A stretch of 49,474 nt of DNA, filler included, from Heptranchias perlo (taxonomy: Eukaryota), in NCBI RefSeq assembly GCF_035084215.1. It is 3 parts of 3 records of this genome, joined end to end, with 100 filler letters (N's around TTAATTAATTAA, not from the genome) between each part and the next. Parts side by side here need not be neighbours in the genome. Positions count along the whole stretch, not along the records: positions 30,060 to 49,474 come from NW_027139268.1; 2 more parts are not named here. The stretch is one strand, 5' to 3'. Below, piece by piece: positions 33,946 through 46,317 of the stretch; the first letter of the stretch is position 1, and every line of letters begins with the position of its first letter. Position numbers and translations under genes: made by a program. The notes under the pieces were generated by a model that did no database searches, was not told where the DNA came from, and worked only from the letters and a program-made list of their open reading frames with translations.

Positions 33946-35482
33946 AATGGTCAAGGGGATCTGATAGAGGGGTCCAAACTATCAGGGGTTTGGAAAATAA
34001 AGAGAATAAACACTTTCCGTTGGTCAGTAAGTCGGAAACTAGAGGGCATAAATTTAAGGTCAAGAGCAAAGGGAGAGATTAGGGGGAATTTTGTTAATGG
34101 AGAGGGATGTTCGGAGACGGAGGCTGGGATTTCCTGCTTCAATGCTCCAAGCGGACACCACTAGCCCACGTTGGAAAATTCCTCAGCCGTGATTCTCCCA
34201 CCATTCATTTTACTGGCTAGAAGCTCAGAGCTTGGTGAAGTGGCAGCTTCCGTTAGGAGCTCCCAGGAGTTCTGGAGCAGGAAAGCATTGGTCAGACTGC
34301 CCGACCAGAGGGGGGAGCAGGTCCCACAATAGCTGCTCAAAGGAAAGTGGATAAATATTTTTTTTAATTTTTCTTTTTAAAAGAGTCTGGGCAAAGGTCA
34401 GAAGAAAGTGGGTAGCGCTTTCAGAGAGCCAGCATAGCATGATGGGCCAAATGGCCTTCTTCTGTGCTGTACAATGTTATGTTCCTACGATTCCTACTGT
34501 TAACAAGATGGCTCCTGGGCTGGCTGCTCCCTCGGGAGCTCCTTTGCTGGACAATCCTATCCTTGGTCATCCATTGCCATCCTTTGCCCTTTCTCCCCCA
34601 ATCTCCTCTCTTCCACTGGTTAAGTTCCCTGGCTCTAATAGTGGGTGCATTTTACCCCTACCCACAAGTTCAAGCTGCAAGTTTAAACTTACCTGGGCCC
34701 ACTGCCCATTCCCCGACCGGGCCTGCTCTTTGTTTACATCAGTGAAAACTGGATCTTTGCTCAAATTTGGCTTCTAAATTCCTCGACTTCTCAGCACTAC
34801 GCTACTCCACTGGAAGACTCAGCTGCTTAAGAGTTAAGGTAACTTTGTCCAGCCCACAGCCCATCCCCCAGCTATTACCTGCTGAGTTTATGACTGTACT
34901 ACTGGTTTTTCAGCTTTATTTTTCTACAGTCTGGTTCCTGGCCAGAAATTCACTCCCCTGGGCCGAAGTCCATTCCTCCGCTGCTTCTAGATCTTACAGT
35001 GACCTCCATCTTCACCATTGTTCTTCTGCTCTGCGATCGATTCTCCAAACCTCCTGACTCTTCATCCCCACGGAAATCCCCCCCCAGCAGTGCGTCCTCC
35101 GATAATCTACCCTTCAAATAGCTTCTGGACTCACTCACCCTCCACACCCTGTCACCGAACCTGGACATCAGTTGGTTGATGCTCCAAGCTGACTCCACCC
35201 TATCTACATCAACTTTATCCCACCACAGGACCTCTGACTTTAACTGTGGACTCCCTCCTATTGTCTCCTCTCTGTTCCCCGTTTAGTAACAGGTCACATG
35301 GTGCGCCCTATTTATACCCTGCCCGATTTTACGCTCCATTGAAGCTGAACCAAATCCATCCCATTCCCTCTGGACAGGTTAGGTTAAAATCGAGGCTTTA
35401 GCATGAGGAAGATATCATCCTGACGTCTGTCCCAAGTCGCCTTTTACTCGTTTGAACCTAAGTCGTACTCCCACAATTTAGT

Positions 35483-38400
35483 GTGAAGTATTGTAAAAAA
35501 AAAACGGATGAGGTCCTGCAAGCAGAATATCGGGAGTTAGGAAATAAATTAAAAAGCAGGACCTCTGAGGTAGTAATCTCAGGATTACTCCCAGTGCCAC
35601 ATGCCAGCGAGAGCAGAAATAGGAGAATAGACCAGATGAATGCGTGGCTTGAGAGATGGTGTAGGAGGGAGGGGTTTAAATTCCTGAGGCATTGAGACCG
35701 ATTCTGGGAAAGGCGGGACTTGTACAAGATGAAAGGATTGCACCCAAGCAGAACCGGGACCAGTATCCTCGTGGGGACATTTGCGAGTTGTGTTGGGGAG
35801 GGTTTAAACTAGTATGGTGGGGGATGGGAACCAAAGGGCAGGTACAGATAGGACAAATTCAGACCAGGAAACGCAAAGTAGAAAAGCAGTTAGTGACGTA
35901 GTTAGCGACTCAGAAATGCAAAAAAGCAAAGGTTAAATAGTGTTCAGCGCAGGAATTTGACGGGGTTAAAGGGTATATACTTCAATGCAAGGAGTATTAC
36001 AAACAAAGCAGATGAGCTAAGGGCACAGATAGACACGTGGCAGCATGATATCATTGCTATAATGGAAACCTGGCTTAAAGAGGGGGATAACTGGCAGCTC
36101 AATATCCCTGGATATAGAGTGTTCAAGCAGGATAGAGTGGGTGATATAAAAGGAGGGGGGTAGCATTATTGGTTAAATAATCAATTAGAGTTGTGAGAAG
36201 GGATGATATGCTAAATGGATCATCAATCGAGGCCGTATGGGTTGAGCTAAGGAATAAAAAAGGGGCAGTCACACTACTAGGAGTGTACTCTAGACCCCCG
36301 AATAGCGAAAGGGAGATAGAAGAACAAATATGTAGGCAAATTTCTGAGTGCAAAAATAAGAGGGCAATAATAGTAGGGGACTTCAACCACCCTAACATCA
36401 ACTGGGATTCAAACAGTGTGAGGGGCACAGAGGGCGCAAAATTCTTGATTGGTGTCCAGGAGAACTTTTTTAGCCAGTACGTGATAAGCCCAACAAGAGG
36501 GGATGCAATTTTAGATTTAGTCCTGGGAAATGAAGATGGGCAAGTGGGTGAAGTGACAGTGGGTGACCATAATGGGGATAGTGACCACAATTCAGTTAGT
36601 TTTAGCATTATTATGGAAAAGGACAGTGTTAAATCAGGAGTAAATGTTTTAAATTGGGGGAAGGCAAATTTTACAGAACTTAGAGGTGATTTGGCAGAAG
36701 TGGACTGGACACAATTACTTGAGGAGAAATCAGTGGCAAGCCAGTGGGAGGCACTAAAAAGTGAAATTCTACGGGTACAATGCAGACACGTCCCCTCAAA
36801 GAAAAAGGGTGGCACTGCCAAATTTAGAGCCCCCTGGTTGTCTAGAAGTATACGGGGCAAGATAAAGCAGAAAAAGAAAGCTTATGACTGTCACAGAAAA
36901 CTAAATACTGCAGAAAGCCTGGAGGAGTATAGAAAGTACAGGGATGACGTAAAAAAGGAAATAAGGAAAGCAAAGAGCAGGCATGAAGAAATATTAACGA
37001 GTAAGATTAAAGAAAACCCAAAGATGTTTTATCAGTACATTAAGAACAAGAGGATAGCTGAGGAAAAGGTGGGACCTATCAGGGATGATAAGGGTAACTT
37101 GTGTGTAGAAGCAGAGAATGTGGATAGGGTTTTAAATGAATATTTTGTCTTCGTATTCATAAGGGAAAGGGATGATCTGGACGTAGTCGTTAAAGAGGAG
37201 AGGTGTGAAATATTGGATAAAATAAACATAACGAGAGAGGAAGTACTAGAGGGACTGGAATCCTTGAAAGTTGATAAGTCACCAGGGCCGGATGGATTGT
37301 TTCCTAGGCTATTGAAGGAAGCCAGGGAGGAAATAGCGGATGCTCTGAGGATCATTTTCCAATCCTCACTAGATACAGGGGAGGTACCGGAGGACTGGAA
37401 GACAGCAAACGTAGTACCGTTGTTTAAAAAGGGTAAGAGGTAAAGGCCGAACAATTATAGGCCGGTCAGTCTTACCTCGGTGGTGGGCAAACTATTAGAA
37501 TCAATACTGAGAGATAGAATAAACTGTCACTTGGAAAGGCATGGTTTAATCAGGGATAGTCAGCATGGATTTGTTCAGGGAAGGTCATGCCTTACAAATC
37601 TGATTAAACTCTTTGAGGAAGTGACAAGGAGGATTGATGAGAGTGATGTCTACATGGATTTTAGTAAGGCATTTGACAAGGTCCCACATGGCAGACTGGT
37701 CAGAAAGGTAAAAGCCCATGGGATACAGGGAAATGTGGTGAATTGGATCCAAAATTGGCTCAGTAACAGGAAACAAATGGTAAAAGTCGATGGATGTCTT
37801 TGAGAATGGAAATCCGTTTCCAGTGGTGTGTCACAAGGCTCAGTGTTGGGTCCCTTGCTGTTTGTGGTATATATTAATGATTTGGACTTGAATGTAGGGG
37901 GCATGATTGGCAAATTTATAGACGACAAAAATTGGCCGTGCAGTTGATAGTGAAGAGGATAGCTGTAGACTCCAAGAAGATATCAATGGGTTGGTGGAGT
38001 GGGCGGAAAAGTGGCAAATGGAGTTCAACCTGGAGAAGCGTGAGGTAATGCACTTAGGGAGGGCAAACAGTAAAAGGGAATACGCAGTAAACGGGAATAT
38101 ATTGAGAGAGGTAGAGGAAGTGAGAGACCTTGGAGTGCATGTGCACAGGTCCCTGAAGGTGGCAGTACAGGTAGATAAGGTTGTGAAGAAGGCATACGGA
38201 ATGCCCACCGTTATTAGCAGAGGCATAGAATAATAAATCAGGGATGTAATGATGGAACTGTATAAAATGCTGGTCAGGCCACAGCTGGAGTATTGTGCGC
38301 AGTTCTGGTCACCACATTACAGGAAGAACGTAATTGCTCTGGAGAGAGTGCAGAGAAGATTTACAAGAATGTTGCCAGGGCTTGAAAATTGCAGCTCGGA

Positions 38401-38840
38401 GGAGAGATTGGATAGGCTGGGGTTGTTTTCCTTGGAGCAGAGGAGGCTGAGGGGAGACTTGATTGAGGTGTACAAAATTATGAGGGGCCCAGATAGAGTA
38501 GACAGGAAATACCTGTTTCCCCTAGTGGAGAGTTCAAGAACTAGAGGACATAGCTTTAAGCTGATTGGCGGAAGGATTAGAGGGGACATGAGGAAAAACT
38601 CTTTTACCCAGAGGGCGGTGGGTGTATGGAATTCGCTGCCCGAATTGGTGGTCGAGGCAGGGACCCTCAACTCTGTTAAAAAGTACCTGGACCTGCATCT
38701 AAAGTGCTGTAAGCTGCAGGGCTACGGACCGGGTGCTGGAAGGTGGGATTAGAATGGGCACCTGGTTGTTCTTCGAGCCGGCACGGACACGATGGGCCGA
38801 ATAGCCCCCTTCTGTGCTGTATCTTTTGTATGGTTCCATG
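35483..38840 (+). mobile_element. Long decayed CR1 LINE: ORF1 esterase (SGNH-like) remnant plus ORF2 APE endonuclease and RT, with stops and frameshifts
   Basis: VVISGLLPVP..MNAWLERWCRREGFKF; YFNARSI...IAIMETW; IIVGDFNHPNINW; SDHN; KSPGPDG; QHGF; DFSKAFDKVPH; CR1 tail. Confidence 0.95.
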
Positions 38841-39549
38841 CCGTTAAAACCGGAAGTGGTCGGTTTGAAGGCGGGTTTTAGATTTTTACAATTTTTACCT
38901 TCCCACCTGCACCCAAACCCACCCGTTCATGGGGTTAAAATCGACCCCTTAGAGTTCACCTTGGCCTTGACGTGCTCAGAGACTACAATAAACAGGCAGT
39001 GTTTGCCCAGAAATAAATGTCAGTCATGGACACGGATTAACCAGGAGAGAAGCTGCTGTAACAGTAACTTAATCTCTTGCGCTTTTCAACACCACTCGAG
39101 TCTGAAGCTACTTGTTGGTGCTTGTGTGCAGCAGGTCTGATAACCAGATCCAGTTAGAATGGAGGGACTTGTTCTGGTCACTGGGTCCCAGGGAGTGGAG
39201 TCTGAGCCTGCATCTTACAGCAGGGGTTCACACTGAGGCCCAGCCCAGTATTAACACCGAACCATCGCATCTGGTTACACCCCCTGTATTTCAATGGTCT
39301 ATTCCAGACTCCCACTTTCACCCCTCCCATTCTCTTCCCAATGCACCGACTCTCACTGGCAATGGGACCACAAAGAAAAGAGAGACTCACATTCCTATTG
39401 TGATTTCACCACCTCAGGACCTCCCAAAGAGTTTTACAGACAGTGAAGTATTAGTGAAGTGTAGTCACTGTTTTAATGTAGGAAACACGGCAGCCAATTT
39501 GCGCACAGCAAGATCCCACCAATAGCAACGAGTTAATGGCCAGATAATC

Positions 39550-39990
39550 TCCCGACTCGCTCTCCCTCCCCGTCCCCTCCTCCTCCTCTCCCTCCCACCA
39601 TCCCTCTCTCCCTGTCCCACCCTCTCACTCCCATCTCCCTCTCCCTCCCGCTCCTCATCTCCCTTCTTGTCCTCTTCCACTCCCCATCTCCTTTCCCTTC
39701 CTCTCCCTCTCTTCATCCAATTCCCCCCTCCCTCCTCATATCCCCTCCTTCCCCCTCTCCCTGCACAATTCCACCCAATCCTCCACCTCTCTTTCTCCTT
39801 CTCCATCCCCGTCCCCTCTCCCTCCCCATCCCTTTCCCTCCCATCTCCCTACCCCTCACTATCTCCCACTCCCATCTCCTCCCCCTCCCTCTCTCCATCT
39901 CCCTCCCCCTCTCCTTCTCCCTCCCGCTCTCCCACATCCTATCCCTCTGCCTCCCCCACGCTCTCTCCCTCCCTTTCCCCCTCCCCGTCA
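39550..39990. repeat. C/T-rich low-complexity tract
   Basis: Directly visible. Confidence 0.85.
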
Positions 39991-40609
39991 GTTTGAGCAT
40001 GACGTCCACTGACTGGATTTGGTGACATTGTTCAATGTTCTGTTATCCTCATGGATTGCTGTTCTGAGGAGCCTCATGTTAAGCGCGACTCGAAGACGGT
40101 GCATTGAAAATTAACATAAAAATCTGTCTGTGAATTTGCTTCGATGCCAATTTATTCTAATTCACCCAGATCAACATCACTGTGAGTATTTTTTCCTCGA
40201 GCACCAGTTGATTAATGAAGAGTCAGCAGCTCATTCTCCCCACAATCGGACACACAGAGTTCACTTTGGCCTTGACCCGCTCAGAGACTATAATAAACGG
40301 GCAGTGTTTGCTCAGAAATAAAAGTCAGTCGTGGGCCTGAGCAACACATCGGACATCGGACAGTCCAAAGTCCATTGTGTTGCTGTGAGGTGAAGGTGGG
40401 AACGGGGGGACAGGCTTCGAATCTGCTTCGATTTCAGTGTCACCCTGCTGAAGCAGCACAAGAAGGTTCGGAAAGAACAAAAGATCTTTTTATACATCAC
40501 CTTTCACAACCTCAGGATGTCCCAAAGCGCTTCACAGAAAGTGAAGTAATGTGAAAGTGTCATCACTGTTGTAATGTAGGAAACGCCATTCATTATGAGA
40601 AGTACTTTC

Positions 40610-41042
40610 ATACCGGGGGCTGAAAGGGTTAAATTATGAGGACAGGTTGCACAGACTAGGCTTGTATTCCCTTGAGTGTAATTAAGATCACTGAAGGATC
40701 TGATAGGGTAGATAGAGAGAAACTATTTCCTCTGGTGGGAGAGTCCAGAACAAGAGGGCGTCACCTTAAAATTAGAGCCAGTCCGTTCAGGGGTGATGTC
40801 AGGAAGCATTTCTTCACACAAAGGGGAGTGGAAATCTGGAACTCTCTCCCCCAAAATGCTGTTGAGGCTGGGGGTCAATTGAAAATTTCACAACTGAGAT
40901 TGATCGATTTTTGTTAGTTAAGGTTATTATGGGATATGGCACCAAGGCGGGTGGGTGGAGTTAAGACACAGATTGGCCATGATCTAAATGAATGGCGGAA
41001 CAGGATCGAGGGGCTGAATGGCCTCCTCCTGTTCCTTTGTTC
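40610..41042 (+). mobile_element. CR1 LINE 3' fragment
   Basis: DRVDREKLFPLVGESRTRG...FFTQRGVEIWNSLP. Confidence 0.85.
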
Positions 41043-41237
41043 CAATGAGATGCTTTGACTGTGTACAGCAGCTTACAATAACACAGTGTACAGGGAGACA
41101 CCTCAGAGCACAGAGCAGGAGGAAGGAGACCAAAGAGAGGATTTAAGAGGAGCCAGAATCACGGACAGAAGGGGATTCAGGAACTGTGTGGAGACAGGAA
41201 GGAAGAAGACAGGAATCCTGAGGGAGACTGCTGGAGA

Positions 41238-41535
41238 ACCAGAGAGGTTTAGGGAGGGAATTCCAGAGCTTAGCTCCGAGGCAGCTGAAGGCACGGCCGC
41301 CAATGGTGGAGCGATTAAAATCGGGGCTGCGTTAGAGGCCAGAATTGGAGGAGCGCAGAGATCTCGGAGGGTTGTAGGGCTGGAGGAGGTTACAGGGATA
41401 GGGAGGGGCGAGGCCACGGGAGGATTTAAAACAAGGATGAGAATTTTAAAATCGAGGCGTTCCCGGACCGGGGGCCAGTGTAGGTCAGCGAACGCAGGGG
41501 GTGATGGGAGAACGGGACTTGGTGCGAGTTAGAAT
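41238..41535 (-). mobile_element. L2 LINE fragment
   Basis: Reverse complement of the 2850-3290 family. Confidence 0.8.
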
Positions 41536-42139
41536 ACGGATTTCAAGCACTGAAGCGAAAGCAAATTCTCGACACTCCTTCCCTCACCAACTCCCTTCTC
41601 TCCTCCTCCTCCTCTCTTGAATCCATTTACCTCTTGCTGGATAGGGTTCCACAGACAGGGGTCACTCTCCAGTATATCGCCCCAGTGACCATTAAACACC
41701 TGTGAGCCTTGACACTAAGCATCAATAGGCTTTTCAACACAGCCTGGCCAGATCCTGGCCCGTCCGATGTCCAGACACGCACAGTTCCAACACTGTTTGA
41801 TTAAGAGTGGGGATAACAGTCCCCTCCCTAACCCAGGGGCCCTGAGGCCACATGTCGCGGCCCTACAACCATCACCCCAGTTGGGGTCAGTTTAAAGTGG
41901 CTTTTAACCACCCAGCTCAGAGAGTGTCTAAAACAGTGACTGGTGACCCTCTGTGCACAGTCTCTTTGAGTTACAGTCCAGTCTACCTCCAATCCTGAGA
42001 TACCAGCCGAGTCACCCCACTGGCCACAGGTACTGGAGCATCATTCGATTGCTCAAGCCCACTTACTCTTGCTCAGGTGACCATAAAATATGACCCAGAA
42101 ACTACCTAATAGCATCCAGAAAATGTGGTGTCCCCTTCC

Positions 42140-42632
42140 CTCCCTGTCACCCGTTCCCCTCCCACCCCGTGCGAGCTGACCTACATTGGCTCCCGATCCG
42201 GGAACACCTCGATTTTAAAATTCCTCCATGTGTTCAAATCCCTCCCTGGCCTCGCCCTTCCCTATCCCTGTGACCTCCTCCAACCCTACAACGCTCCGAG
42301 ATCTCTGCACTCCTCCAATTCTGGCCTCTTGCGCATCCCCAATTTTAATCTCTCCACCATTGGCGGCCGTGCCTTCAGCTGCCTCGGCCCTCAGCTCAGG
42401 AATTCCCTCCCTGAACCTCTCCGCCTCTCCACCTCTCTCTCCTCCTTGAAGATGCTCTTTCAAACCTACCTCTTTGACCAAGCTTTTGGTCACCTGTCCT
42501 AACATCTCCTTACGTGGCTCAGTGTCAAGTCTTGTTTGATAATCGCTCCTGTGAAGCGCCTTGGGACGTTTTACTACGTTAAAGGCGCTATATAAATGCA
42601 GGTGGTTGTTGTTGTTGTTGTTGTCGTCGTCG
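42140..42632 (+). mobile_element. L2 LINE 3' end
   Basis: STIGGRAFSCLGPQLRNSLP and (gtt)n tail. Confidence 0.83.
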
Positions 42633-42657
42633 TCACAGCGTGCCCCTTTTTTTCCTT

Positions 42658-43125
42658 TGAGACACACAACAACGCAAAATCGTCGAGCAGAAGTTGATAG
42701 CCAAGTTCCGCACCCATGAGGACGGCCTCAACCGGGATCTTGGGTTCATGTCACGTTACACGTACCCCCACCAGCAAAAAGGGGAAAAAAATTATGTTTT
42801 TTAATATTCTCTCTCTCTCTCTCTCTCTGCCATTTTGGGTTTCTTTCTGCCTGTCTGTGTAATTGACACAATGTATATCCAGTGTACTGGGACGTGCTGT
42901 TCTCCGTGACTGGCCTGTTTGAATAACAACGACACCTTTTGATTGGTGTGATGCTGTCCCAGCCTTGTACAAGATATGCGATTTGAGAACCTTTTCACTC
43001 ATTCATCTGACGAAGGGGATAATCTCCGAAAGCTTGTGATTGTAAAATAAATTTGTTGGACTATAACCTGGTGTTGTAAGATTCCTTACATTTGTCCACC
43101 CCAGTCCATCACCGGCATCTCCACA
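42658..43125 (+). mobile_element. Penelope-like element 3' fragment (GIY-YIG C-terminus plus pLTR)
   Basis: RDTQQRKIVEQKLIAKFRTHEDGLNRDLGFMSRY (GLN motif of the Penelope GIY-YIG endonuclease) followed by a hammerhead-bearing terminus. Confidence 0.8.
43003..43039 (+). ncRNA. Minimal type I hammerhead ribozyme motif (Penelope-type)
   Basis: UCAU-CUGACGA-A-GGGGA-uaa-UCUCC-GAAA-GC-UU-GUGA; both stems close, each with one G-U pair. Confidence 0.65.
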
Positions 43126-44244
43126 TTGTTGGAGATAGTCATTGCCTGGCACTTGTCTGGTGCGAATGTTACTTGCCACTTATCAGCCCAAGCCTGGATG
43201 TTGTCCAGGTCGAGCTGCACGCGGGCACGGACTGCTTCATTATCTGAGGGGACTGAGACTACAAAAACATCACCTGGTGTTTACGATGGTCTCCCACAAT
43301 ATTTCAAGGCCTCCTTATCTCTAGCCTTCCAGGCAGTTCGAATAACACTTTTCGAACGTGGCCAACCTGCCCAGCATGCCGCCTTGAACAGTCAGTTCAA
43401 CAGTTCCGATGTTGAATTAATACTTTTAACCAAACTCAGCTCCTTTAGCAGGTAATTAATCCTTAAAACTGGTATTTAAAAGTCCAAAATCCTTCACTGT
43501 AAAGTGCTTTTGGTCACTTCCACGGGGATCTAGTCCTGATACGTTCCCTACAGGAGTACTTAGTGTTGGGGGGCACTGGGGAGCGGAACTGAGGGAGTTC
43601 TGATGGATGGTGCCATGTTTACAGTCCCATCTCTTCCAATGATGTCCGCATGGAGTCGGGGGGTGGAGGGGACGGGGGGGTGGAAAGGACACAAGAGGTG
43701 ACCCCTCACACTCTCGGTGAAATTTCCCAACTTTGGGGAAAAAAGGGATGGAGACCTGGAGCAGCCGGGTCCAGTTCCAGAATCCAGCCCCGATTACATT
43801 GCCTCTGCCACCACCCCACTCCCCAAAGGAATTTCGGGCCCAGATTTTGTGAGGAAAGCAGGGACTTGAGAGAGGGAGAGGTTGGGGAGGGTGTCCGCCT
43901 GGAGAGAGATGGGGGCAGCGGGGCAGCCAAGGATCGTACAGCATAGGAGAGCAAACAGAAGCGGGAGCAGTCGGGAAAAATCAAATGAGGAGCAGTGTGA
44001 GAGACGGAGAGACCAGTAAAGAATGGGGCCCTGGGGTAGAGGTAGGGAGCAGCAGCAGAACGGAGGCCTGAAGAGGGAGGGAGTGGCAAGCAGATCATGG
44101 GCCTAGGAAGGAACTTTTAAATTCAAGTGCCAAGCCAGAAGTCTTGCATTACAGTCTCGTGCAAAACCTCAGCGTCCGGGCACCGGGCTTTTTTTAATGG
44201 ATGAAAGAGACCATTTTTATTTTCCCAACAGTATTCTCCATCTA

Positions 44245-45765
44245 ATTATGTAGGAAACTAATTCTGAATCAGGGACGGGGACTTCCCGTAATTAACAGCA
44301 ATGAAGAAAATAATGGCACTAAAGAGTGACAAATCCCCAGGACCAGATGGTTTCCATCCCAGGGTTTTAAAGGAAGTGGGTGAGAACATTCCAGAAGCCC
44401 TAACTATAATCTTCCAAACTTCTCTCGATTCAGGAACCGTTCCTTTAGATTGGAAAATTGCACACGTCACTCCGCTATTTCAGAAAGGTGAGAGAGAGAA
44501 ACCAGGGAATTAGCCTAACATCTGTTGTTGGGAAATTACTCGAGTCTATAATTAAGGATCGAGTGACTGAACACCTCGAGAATTTTCAGCTGATCAGAGA
44601 GAGCCATCATGGATTTGTAAAGGGTCATGCCTTGAAGAGGTGACTAAAGTAGTGGACGGGGGAATGTCTACGGATGTTATTTATATCGACTTCCAGAAGG
44701 CAATTGATAAAGTCCCTCATAAGAGACTGTTAGCTAAAGTTGAAGCTCATGCAATTGAGGGCAAATTATTGACCTGGTTAGGAAATTGGCTGAGCGGCAG
44801 GAGACAGGGAGTAGGGATAATGGGCAGGTACTCAAATGGGCAGGATGTGACTAGTGGTGTCCCACAGGGATCTGTGCTGGGACCTCAACTATTCACTGTA
44901 TTGATGATGACAGAAAGAAAGACAGCATTGTAAGCAGTGTAGATGGAAGCATAAAATTACAGAGATATTAATAGATTATGTGAATGGGCAAAACTGTGGC
45001 AAATTGATTTCAGTGTAGGCAAGTGTGAGGTCATCCACTTTGGACCTAAAAAGGAGAGATCAGAGTACTTTCTAAATGGTGAAAAGCTGGAAACAGTGAA
45101 GGTCCAAAGAGACTTAAGGGCCCCTGTACATAGATCATTAAAATGTTATGGACAGGTACAGAAAATAATCAAAAAGGCTAATGGGATGCTGGCCTTTATA
45201 TCTAGAGGACTAGAATACAAGAGGGCAGAAGTTATAAAGCTGTACAAAGCCCTGGTTAGACCACACCTGGAGTACTGTTCTGGGCACCGCACCTTAGGAA
45301 GGGAGAGCAGCGTAGATTTACTAGAATGATACCTGGGCTCCAAGGGTTAAATTACGAGGAGTGATTACACAAACTAGAGTTGTATTCTGTGGAATTTAGA
45401 AGATTAAGGGGTGACTTGATCGAAGTTTTCAAGATATTAAGGGGAACTGATCGGGTAGATTGAGAGAAACTATTTCCGCTGGTTGGGGAGTCCAGGACGA
45501 GGGGACACAGTCTAAAAATTAGAGCCAGGACTTTCAGGAGTGACGCAAAGGGCGGTAGAAGTTTGGAACTCTCTTCCGCAATCGGCAGTTAATGCTCGCT
45601 CCATTGTTTTTAAATCTGAGTTTGATAGATTTGTGGTAACCAAAGATATAAAGGGATGTGGGGATAAGGCTGGTGTCTGGAGTCAGCTCACAGATCAGCC
45701 AGGATCTCAATGAATGGCTGAACAGGCTTGAGAGGCGAAATGGCCGATTCCTGTTCCTGTGTCCT
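44245..45765 (+). mobile_element. Decayed CR1 LINE (RT region to 3' end)
   Basis: KSPGPDGFHPRVLKE, DFQKAIDKVPH, SGVPQGSVLGP, RPHLEYC. Confidence 0.92.
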
Positions 45766-46317
45766 GTGTCCCTCGGCGATCAGCGCCCCTGGACTGGGGG
45801 GGAAGCAGGTTGTGTGGGGAGAGGGGGCACATTAGGAAATTACACATTCCAGTCCATGATTTTATGATCGTTAATTGAAATAGATGGAAAGTCACGGGCT
45901 GTTGGGGGACAATTCTCTGACACTCAGAAGGGGAAAGACTCCTTGCTGAGCTGTGAGTTTCAATCACCCACTGATTCCTCTCCAATCAGCCCTGTGGGTC
46001 GCGCATTTACTTTGTGGGAACTTGTTGATTTCCTGAAACTAAAAGTATTTTACAGTTTTCTTTGTAAAAAGAATCTCTGCGTGGAATGGAATTCGAGCTG
46101 CTGAAGAACAACCTGGGCCAAGTGACAATTCCTCATGGAAGCCCATCAGTCTCAAATGTAACGGGGAATCGATGGGGAAACTGGACACTTCCCGGATAAT
46201 AATGTCTCTTGATCGGGAACTGGATTCTCTTTTCTCTCTCATCCAATTCCACTTGGATATTCACGGAAGATCGAGGCATGAAAGCGATCCAGCTTCACAG
46301 CGCATCCCGGCTGATCA

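Noticed and set aside
35309-35428. Minus-strand TATAAATA plus TGACGTCT as a class I promoter
   Set aside because: No properly spaced S-X-Y module or adjacent leader exon, and the intervening sequence looks repeat-derived.
36193-38752. Active LINE ORF2
   Set aside because: Multiple stops and frameshifts and a damaged RT catalytic motif; decayed copy.
39219-39270. Possible class I leader exon (MRWFGVNTGLGLSVNPC|gtaaga, minus strand, phase 1)
   Set aside because: The phase fits, but the peptide lacks a convincing hydrophobic core. No leader exon could be identified with confidence.
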